Shown: positions 15,705 through 23,376 of the stretch, piece after piece
Layout: every line of letters begins with the position of its first letter
Numbering within the stretch: the first letter of the stretch is position 1
The notes under the pieces: generated by a model
What the model saw: only the letters and a program-made list of their open reading frames with translations
Told to the model about the DNA's origin: nothing
The model's database searches: none
Made by a program: the position numbers and the translations under genes
Origin: Flavobacteriales bacterium
GTDB taxonomy: Bacteria > Bacteroidota > Bacteroidia > Flavobacteriales_D > CAJJDF01
Length of the DNA stretch: 43,661 nt
Assembly: GCA_049609665.1 (NCBI GenBank)
Contig: JBMYYT010000001.1
Span: forward strand, 1-43,661
Direction: 5' to 3'

Positions 15705-18700
15705 TTAAGTATAAGTTTAATTGTTTTTGATTCTTTTTCAGTTTTCACTTTTAAATTATAAATTCCTGAAGCTAATGTTTTTGAAAAATTCATCCTGAAA
15801 TTGTCTTTGACTATATTGTCTTCTTCGTAAATCAACTTACCTGATAAATCTGTTAATTGTATATTTTTAACTCCTTTTATTTGTGAAAAATCAATATTTA
15901 CTATTCCGCTTGAAGGGTTAGGATAAACCGTAATATTGCCGTTTTTTGAATTCTCATTCGTTCCAACAAACATTATGCTAAAACAAGAAGAAGTATCTGT
16001 GCATCCATTTTTCGCAACCACAACTGCATATGATCCGTTATTAACGGCAGTAAACACCTTGGATGTTTCTCCTGTTAAAACTGTGTATCCGTTGTTGCAA
16101 TCTACCCATTGATAGGTTACCCCAGTTAGCAATGACTCCAGAGTATTAGAACTTGTTTTGCTTACAAAATTATTAGTCAAAGGAACTATCGTTAAATTAA
16201 TTGCAGTAATACTATCGCACCCTGAAGAATTTAGCAAAGTGTCTTTATAGACACCTGATGAGCTATAGGTTTTTCCATTGCTGGCAAAGTAATATTTATT
16301 ACAAGCCGTAACATTCGTTAACGTAGAGCTGGGTAGATTAATAGTTAAATTAATGGTTATAACACTGTCACAGCCAATGCTGTTGACTAATGTGTCTTGA
16401 TAAATCCCATTTGTAGAGTACAATCGTCCGCTTGAACTGACATAACTATTGCAAGTTGAAATATTGACGGAATTGTAAGTACTTCTTAGTATCGTTAATT
16501 GTAAAGTGTCTGCAGTATTGCAAAAGCTGCCTGCTGATAAAGTTTGAAAGTACGTCCCGGAAGAAGTGTAATTTTTCCCATACCAAGTGTAGTTCTCACA
16601 AGCTACAACATTGCCAGATCCTGCAGTATCGATAATTAAATGTAATCTGTAAATTGAATCACAACCAATAGTTTTAAAGCTAAAATCAGAATAATCACCA
16701 GATATTGAATAAACCTTGTTTCTCCAAGCTATATTAGAGCAAGTTATAATTGTATCTGATTTAAAAAGCTGACAATTTCCTTCGGCTGCTCCGATATCGC
16801 GTGTAGCTTTTAAGGGTCTATTTTGCCCATCGGATAAATCAGTTATATCGCCATTATCAACAGCATAACTTCCAATGAGCGGCATTCTGGTTTTTGTGAA
16901 TCCACCGTTATTTGTCAAAACCCCTAATAAAATAACAGAGGAGTCCGCATGTAATGAATCGGATAAAACTCGATTTAAAAAAGTATCATCACCAATTAAA
17001 TTATAACCATAAGATACAGTACTGTTAGATAGATTTTCAATATTATTAGAGTCTTTGTTAAGGGAAATAATGCTACTATAAACTTCTAATGAGTCGGATT
17101 TACAAAAAACACCATTTCCTTTTACAATAGCTTTGTTGTGAGAAATGGTTGAGTTTAAAACCTTTAGTTTTTCATATTTGTCAGCCATGTGAATTCCACC
17201 CCCTTGAACACTAGCTTCGTTTTCAGTAATAGTTGAGCGATTAACTGTCAGTTTTTTTATTGTAGAGTAAACATAACCACTTGTTGAATCTGAAGAAATC
17301 GCACCTCCTTCTTGAGCTTTATTGTTGTTAAGGGTGGAAGAAAAAATTTCTAACTCCTTTAATTTATAAACATAAATCGCTCCCCCTTTTTTAATTGCCT
17401 CATTATTTTGGAATATGGAATGGTTTATTTTTCCATTACTTGGCATTTGGCAAGCCCCTCCTTTATTAGAGGCATAATTATTAGTGAAATAAGAGGAATC
17501 AATTTTAACTAAGTCGTAATATTGATTTGAAGCAAAAGCTCCTCCATTCGTCCCTTTGTTTTTGTTGAAAATGGAATTTTTTATTGTAGCCATATCCACA
17601 GCAAATACTGCCCCACCATTGAATAAACTCTCATTATCTTCGAAAGTTGAGTTGTTACTTACAAAGTCGCCAGTATTTATTGCACCTCCATTATTTATGG
17701 CATGATTTTTATAAAAAAAGGAGTTCTCCGCAAGTGTTTGAGAAACTCGTGTATCATTATTAAATATAGCCCCACCATTTTGATTGGCTTTGTTAAATTT
17801 CAACACAGTGTTTTTTATGCCCACTTTAGAATATCCAGGTGCTGCCCAGGCATCGGATAAAGAATAAATTACTCCTCCGCTACCTATAGCTTCATTGTTC
17901 ATAATCATACAAGAATCTATCAACACGGATGCAACATTTAAATTACCCGTATACGAGTCAGAAAAAGAATAAAAAGCACCGCCATGGCGGTTACTCCTAT
18001 TGTTTTTGATTGTGCATTTGTTTGCAATTATTTCAGAATAAGTGTTGGGAGTTCCACTAACAGCAGACTTGCCTAATCCGTATGCATAAGAATAAACGGC
18101 TCCTCCATCCTTGCCAGCTATATTATTGCTAATGATTGAGTTATCAAATGTAATTCGGGTATTACTATATATATTTCTAGTGTTCACATAAGAAGTTCCA
18201 ACAGACCTTCTTGAATATAAAAATATTCCTCCACCTTCTAATATAGAGGAATTATTAATCAATTCTGAGTTTGAGAATTGAATTCTAGAATAACTGGAAC
18301 TTGAAATGCTGCTACTCAAATAAGAGTAACAGTATATGGCCCCTCCTTGGTTAGCGGAATTACCATAAAATTTAGAATCCTCAATCTTCATAAGATGAGT
18401 TACTTGGTCTGTTTTAATAGCTCCTCCTTTACTAGTGGCTATATTGTTTTCAAATTTTGACCCACTGATTTCCATATACTTTCCTTTAGAGTAAATCGCA
18501 CCCGCGTCACGGGGACTACTATTATTTCTAAACAAACTGTTTTTTATTGAAATAGTATCTCCGTCAAAGTAGATTGCTCCTCCGTTATTAAGTATATATA
18601 TATTTGTATTCCCAGCACTATTTCCATCAATTATCGATAAGCTATCTATCCACAAGTCTTTTTTGGATAAACCATGAAGGTCAGCACTAAGAACAGGAAA

Positions 18701-21700
18701 ACTTGAATTCCCGCTGATAAATAAAGTGTCTGAAGAATTATATAAACCTACTATTGTTACTTCTTTATTAATCTTAATTGTACTCAACAGGTTAATCGTA
18801 TCGGAACCTCCAATTATTAATGAGTCGGCAAACCTTATAGTATCTCCTGGTTTTGCATTATCAACTACGAATCTCAACGAGCCGTAGCCATTATCTTTCT
18901 TGTTAATAACGTATAGAGTAGTAGGATAATGTCCAATGCAAACTGGATTACTGACACACCCATTTTTACTTAAATACACGGTATATTTTCCATTGTAAAG
19001 TGCTTGATAGTTTCGACTTGATCCATTAAACTCAGGCCATAACAAGACACAATTTCGCCACTGATAAGTGGTTGTGGCATCGTTGCTAGTCATAATATAT
19101 CCGTTTATTGAAACGGTTGTATCAATCGTGGTCACAGTTAAAGTTAATGTATCCATGGTACCGCAACCTCCAGCTCCCGATATTGATTGATAATAAACAC
19201 CAGTTGTAGCATAGGTTTTACCATACCATACAAAAGGCTCACAGCTCGATATTGCTCGAGTACCAATAGTATCAACAAGCAAATTAATTGTAATTACACT
19301 ATCGCAGCCTGTTGAATTTGGGATAACATCCGTATAGGTCCCGGAGGAATAATAAATCAAACCAGAAGGCGAAACATAATTTCCACAACTTGTATCATAA
19401 AGTGTAGTATAGGTTAAAACGTTCAAGGTTAAGTTTAATGTATCAAATCCTGAGCAACACGGAGTTGTGGAAAGAGGTTGATAATAAGTGCCTGATGCTA
19501 AATAAGTTTTCCCAAACCAAGTAAAGCTATTGGCACAAATTGTTTTTGTTAAAGTTCCGTTAGTATCTATAATTAAAACCAAGGTAAATATGGTATCACA
19601 ACCCATAGGGTTAATTTCTGTTAACATAAAAGTGCCTGAAGTATCGTGGAGAGTTCCTTTCCAGAAATAACTTGCTGAAGTGATGATTGTATCTAATTTC
19701 GATTGTTGACAATTATTCTCTGTTGCTCCCACATCTCTAACTCCGATAACCGGCCTGTTTTGGGCATCGGAAATGTCTGTAGGGTTTCCCCCATCAATTG
19801 CAATGGAAGGCGGAATAGGCATTCTTGTTTTTGTAAAACCACCATTAAATAAGGAATATGGGGCTAAATTTACCTGTGAAGGACTTACATTAACCGAATC
19901 TGAGAGGACAAGCCCTACAATACCAGTGTCTGAAAATAGATTATTACCACCAGAATTTATTTTAATAAGGCCACTATTATAAATAAAACTTGTGTCTAAT
20001 GAAAGCAGAATACTGCTTTTAAAATCAACTTTAGAATCAAAGTAATTAGAAATGGAGGCGTCAGCTGAGGAACAATAAATAGTTCCACCATTTCTTACGG
20101 CATTATTGTCTACAAAAGTTGAGTTTAACACATTGACCTGAGAAATAGAGCTATCAATCATATAGTAATTCTCGCTAGTTGAAAGTATTCCACCACCATC
20201 ATTCGTGGAAGTATTGCTTGTAATTGTTGAGTATGAAATATCAACAATGGATTTTGCCGTAGATAAAGAATTTCCCGTGTATAATGAAGCTCTGCTATAA
20301 ACACCTCCACCATAGGCTCCTGAATTGCTATCAAGAGTTGAATGCAAAATTTTCACATTTGATTCCGCGTATTTTACTGTAGATGAACAAACACCTGACG
20401 AATAAATTCCACCAGCAACGTAGCTGGCAATATTTTTACTTAGGGTAGAGTTACTAATTGTAACAAAGGAAGAAGAAGAATTAGAAAAAGAATATATTCC
20501 AGCTCCTGATTGCGCATTATTCCCTATAATTTTTGAATTATTAATGTCGATTTTGGAATGAGACCGAGCAGATGATGTTGATTTATTGTCTGCATGTATC
20601 CCACCACCACGATTGGTACATGTATTAAAGCTAATCTCAGAATTATTAACTAATATTTTGGTATAACTTCCTGATGATGAATTTGTTGAAGCGTGTATCC
20701 CAGCGCCATATTTTGAAACATTATTATTAATTTTACTATTGTAGATTTTAATTTTATTTGTATCTCTATCTGACCAGCAACTAATACCACCACCCCACAC
20801 TCCACCTGAATTATTGGTTATACTCGAGTTTTGAATTGTAAGATCTGAAGAAGAGTGACTGGAATTTGAATAAATTGCACCGCCTCCGCCACTTGACGTT
20901 GAAGAATTCGAATTATTAGTAAAACTACTGTTATCAATAAAAACAATTGATTTTGTAGATGATGAATTAGAAGAAGCACTACTACTAACAGCTCCACCGG
21001 TCCTTCGTGACGAATTATTATTAAATGTAGAATTTCTTATTTCAACTTTAGAAAAATCTCCATTATTATTTGATCCACAGCTTGAAATTAATCCACCTCC
21101 ACTTCCTCCTGTACTATTATTGCTAATATCCGAGTTTGATATTTTAATTACAGAGTTTGCTCTACTTGTGAAACAAACCATTCCACCTCCACTACCAGAG
21201 GCATTATTATTAACAACTTTGGAATTCAAGATTGTTAAATTGACATAAGAATAGGTGGATTGAAGATAAATGGCTCCTCCTTGATAGGAAGAGTTTCCTC
21301 TTAAGACACTGTTATTAATTGTAATTTCAGATGAATAGAATAAAGAAACAGATTTGATTGCACCCCCAGATCCTGAAATACCAGCAGCTCCATTTATCAA
21401 AACAACAGAATCAAAATAATTGTTAATACCACCAGTAGCTCCATCCAAATCAAATATGCTTACTAAGCTATCACCCGATATGAAAAGAGTATCAGTAGAA
21501 TTATAAATTCCTTTATAAATCAATGACTTTGTAGATGGTAATGCGGAGATTAATAAAATTGTATCACTCCCACCTGCAATCAAACTTGGCGAAAACCTAA
21601 TCGTGTCCCCTGAACTTGCTGAAGCCATTACTGCTCTCAAAGAACCCGCACCCGAATCGTTGGTGTTGGTAACTGTGTCCGTTGTAGAAAATGCAAAACT

Positions 21701-21742
21701 AAGGGAACAAGAAAAAATTAAAAGTAAAATAAATTTATTCAT
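15701..21742 (-). CDS. giant two-module Pmp-like beta-helix/T9SS-CTD protein (paralogue 6)
   Basis: 2013 aa. Signal peptide plus cap 'DTVTNTNDSGAGSLRAVMASASSGDTIRF'. A second complete cap 'LYVINKKDNGYGSLRFVVDNAKPGDTIRF...YNSSDTLFISG' starts near aa 941 (about nt 18922). Each half has rungs, a 'NGGFTKTRMP...DAQNRP...RD(V/I)GA(T/A)E' segment, four Cys-bracketed repeats of about 42 aa, and a 4-Cys module. There is a single CTD, 'VYPNPSSGIVNIDF...GIYNLKV', at the end. Confidence 0.88.
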   Translation of the reverse strand: MNKFILLLIFSCSLSFAFSTTDTVTNTNDSGAGSLRAVMASASSGDTIRFSPSLIAGGSDTILLISALPSTKSLIYKGIYNSTDTLFISGDSLVSIFDLDGATGGINNYFDSVVLINGAAGISGSGGAIKSVSLFYSSEITINNSVLRGNSSYQGGAIYLQSTYSYVNLTILNSKVVNNNASGSGGGMVCFTSRANSVIKISNSDISNNSTGGSGGGLISSCGSNNNGDFSKVEIRNSTFNNNSSRRTGGAVSSSASSNSSSTKSIVFIDNSSFTNNSNSSTSSGGGGAIYSNSSHSSSDLTIQNSSITNNSGGVWGGGISCWSDRDTNKIKIYNSKINNNVSKYGAGIHASTNSSSGSYTKILVNNSEISFNTCTNRGGGIHADNKSTSSARSHSKIDINNSKIIGNNAQSGAGIYSFSNSSSSFVTISNSTLSKNIASYVAGGIYSSGVCSSTVKYAESNVKILHSTLDSNSGAYGGGVYSRASLYTGNSLSTAKSIVDISYSTITSNTSTNDGGGILSTSENYYMIDSSISQVNVLNSTFVDNNAVRNGGTIYCSSADASISNYFDSKVDFKSSILLSLDTSFIYNSGLIKINSGGNNLFSDTGIVGLVLSDSVNVSPSQVNLAPYSLFNGGFTKTRMPIPPSIAIDGGNPTDISDAQNRPVIGVRDVGATENNCQQSKLDTIITSASYFWKGTLHDTSGTFMLTEINPMGCDTIFTLVLIIDTNGTLTKTICANSFTWFGKTYLASGTYYQPLSTTPCCSGFDTLNLTLNVLTYTTLYDTSCGNYVSPSGLIYYSSGTYTDVIPNSTGCDSVITINLLVDTIGTRAISSCEPFVWYGKTYATTGVYYQSISGAGGCGTMDTLTLTVTTIDTTVSINGYIMTSNDATTTYQWRNCVLLWPEFNGSSRNYQALYNGKYTVYLSKNGCVSNPVCIGHYPTTLYVINKKDNGYGSLRFVVDNAKPGDTIRFADSLIIGGSDTINLLSTIKINKEVTIVGLYNSSDTLFISGNSSFPVLSADLHGLSKKDLWIDSLSIIDGNSAGNTNIYILNNGGAIYFDGDTISIKNSLFRNNSSPRDAGAIYSKGKYMEISGSKFENNIATSKGGAIKTDQVTHLMKIEDSKFYGNSANQGGAIYCYSYLSSSISSSSYSRIQFSNSELINNSSILEGGGIFLYSRRSVGTSYVNTRNIYSNTRITFDNSIISNNIAGKDGGAVYSYAYGLGKSAVSGTPNTYSEIIANKCTIKNNRSNRHGGAFYSFSDSYTGNLNVASVLIDSCMIMNNEAIGSGGVIYSLSDAWAAPGYSKVGIKNTVLKFNKANQNGGAIFNNDTRVSQTLAENSFFYKNHAINNGGAINTGDFVSNNSTFEDNESLFNGGAVFAVDMATIKNSIFNKNKGTNGGAFASNQYYDLVKIDSSYFTNNYASNKGGACQMPSNGKINHSIFQNNEAIKKGGAIYVYKLKELEIFSSTLNNNKAQEGGAISSDSTSGYVYSTIKKLTVNRSTITENEASVQGGGIHMADKYEKLKVLNSTISHNKAIVKGNGVFCKSDSLEVYSSIISLNKDSNNIENLSNSTVSYGYNLIGDDTFLNRVLSDSLHADSSVILLGVLTNNGGFTKTRMPLIGSYAVDNGDITDLSDGQNRPLKATRDIGAAEGNCQLFKSDTIITCSNIAWRNKVYSISGDYSDFSFKTIGCDSIYRLHLIIDTAGSGNVVACENYTWYGKNYTSSGTYFQTLSAGSFCNTADTLQLTILRSTYNSVNISTCNSYVSSSGRLYSTNGIYQDTLVNSIGCDSVITINLTINLPSSTLTNVTACNKYYFASNGKTYSSSGVYKDTLLNSSGCDSITAINLTIVPLTNNFVSKTSSNTLESLLTGVTYQWVDCNNGYTVLTGETSKVFTAVNNGSYAVVVAKNGCTDTSSCFSIMFVGTNENSKNGNITVYPNPSSGIVNIDFSQIKGVKNIQLTDLSGKLIYEEDNIVKDNFRMNFSKTLASGIYNLKVKTEKESKTIKLILK

Positions 21743-21760
21743 AAAAGGGATGTAATTCGT

Positions 21761-21777
21761 TATCTTTCATAAAGATA
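21761..21777 (-). promoter_or_regulatory. palindrome TATCTTT-CAT-AAAGATA overlapping a -7-like box upstream of the 2013-aa gene
   Basis: 7-bp arms with a 3-nt spacer, 19-35 nt upstream of ATG 21742. The minus strand reads TATCTTTA, which is TAnnTTTG-like except for the last base. Confidence 0.25.
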
Positions 21778-21909
21778 GAAAATATTTAGTGTTAACTTAA
21801 ACCACGAGTCAAGTTATCTTGAAAATAAGTCATTTAAACTTGAATTTTTTACGCAAACACAGAATAATTAAACCAAGAATTGTAATTTTACAAGAACAGA
21901 TATAACGAA

Positions 21910-23376
21910 ATGAGCAAATTACACATTTACAACACCTTAACAGGAAAAAAAGAAGAATTCAAACCAATTATTGAAAATCAAGTTGGGATGTATGTGTGCG
22001 GACCTACTGTTTATAGTGATGTTCACATAGGAAATGTAAGAACTTTCATGTCGTTTGATGTGGTGAATCGGTATTTCAAATTTTTGGGGTATACAGTTCG
22101 ATATGTCCGAAATATAACTGATGTAGGACACTTACTTAACGATGCAGATTCTGGAGAAGATAAAATTGGGAAACAAGCTAAATCAATGAACTTGGAACCT
22201 ATGGAAGTGGTTCAACATTACACCAATGGATTTCATGATGTGATGGATGCGTTTAATATTTCGAGGCCAAGCATTGAACCTTCGGCAACGGGTCATTTGA
22301 TTGAACAAATTGAAATGGTTCAAGAGATAATGGACCAAGGATTTGCTTACGAATCCAATGGTTCCGTTTATTTTGATGTAGAAAAATACAACGAAGCTCA
22401 CCATTATGGGAAGCTTTCAGGAAGAAAAATAGAAGATTTATTATCCAACACTCGTGAATTAGATGGGCAAAGTGAAAAACGAAATCCGTTGGATTTTGCC
22501 ATTTGGAAAAATGCAGATGAAAGTCATATCATGCGATGGAATTCTCCTTGGGGACAGGGATTTCCAGGATGGCATTTGGAGTGCACAGTAATGAGTACCA
22601 AATATTTAGGAGAGACTTTTGATATTCATGGAGGTGGAATGGATTTAAAATTTCCTCATCACGAATGTGAAATTGCACAAAGTAAAGGAGGAGGAAAACC
22701 AGACCCAGCAAATTATTGGATGCATACGAACATGCTCACTATGAATGGAGCCAAAATGAGCAAAGCTGTTGGAAATGTTGTTTCAATTGAAGAGTTAAGA
22801 ACTGGAGATCACGATTTGCTTGAAAAAGGATTTGATGAAATGGTAATTCGTTTTTTCATGCTTCAGTCTCATTATTCAAGCACATTAGATTTTTCAAGTT
22901 CCGCATTATCAGCATCTGAAAAAGGGTTTGATAAATTGATGAAAGCCTTAGAAACGTTAAAAGAACTTAAATCCTCAGAATCTTCTTCGGTTGATGCAAC
23001 AGCATTGAGAGAAAAATGTTTTACTTCGATGAACGATGATTTTAATACCCCAATTCTTATCGCGCATTTATTTGATGGAGTGAAAATGATTAATTCTATT
23101 GATGCTGGGAAAGAAACAATTGATGATGTTAATTTGAAATTGTTAACCGAAACAATGAATGGTTTTGTAACTGAGGTTCTTGGGTTGAAAAGTGTTGACA
23201 AAGACTCTTGTTCTGATGGACTGACAGACGAATTAATGAGTTTGGTAATTAAGTTAAGAAATCAAGCTAAACAAAGCAAAAATTACGGAATGGCGGATGA
23301 AATAAGAGATGAGTTGTCAGGCATGTCTATTACACTTAAAGATTCAAAAGAAGGAACATCATGGGAAAAAAATTAG
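21910..23376 (+). CDS. cysS: cysteine--tRNA ligase
   Basis: 488 aa. Class I motifs 'HIGNVRT' (HIGH) and 'KMSKAVGN' (KMSKS), plus 'GWHLEC' and 'HHECE' zinc/Cys-binding signatures. Confidence 0.93.
   Translation: MSKLHIYNTLTGKKEEFKPIIENQVGMYVCGPTVYSDVHIGNVRTFMSFDVVNRYFKFLGYTVRYVRNITDVGHLLNDADSGEDKIGKQAKSMNLEPMEVVQHYTNGFHDVMDAFNISRPSIEPSATGHLIEQIEMVQEIMDQGFAYESNGSVYFDVEKYNEAHHYGKLSGRKIEDLLSNTRELDGQSEKRNPLDFAIWKNADESHIMRWNSPWGQGFPGWHLECTVMSTKYLGETFDIHGGGMDLKFPHHECEIAQSKGGGKPDPANYWMHTNMLTMNGAKMSKAVGNVVSIEELRTGDHDLLEKGFDEMVIRFFMLQSHYSSTLDFSSSALSASEKGFDKLMKALETLKELKSSESSSVDATALREKCFTSMNDDFNTPILIAHLFDGVKMINSIDAGKETIDDVNLKLLTETMNGFVTEVLGLKSVDKDSCSDGLTDELMSLVIKLRNQAKQSKNYGMADEIRDELSGMSITLKDSKEGTSWEKN

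Noticed and set aside
3942-21742. Reading the beta-helix cluster as a phase- or antigen-variable cassette system (invertible promoter, silent cassettes, DGR) or as polymorphic toxins (RHS/CDI-like).
   Set aside because: The window has no recombinase or reverse transcriptase and no long inverted repeats flanking promoters. I saw no long identical nucleotide tracts shared between paralogues. Every gene is full length with its own signal peptide and CTD. None has a variable toxin tip or an adjacent immunity-like small ORF. Only the A8 tract is reported, as a low-confidence finding.
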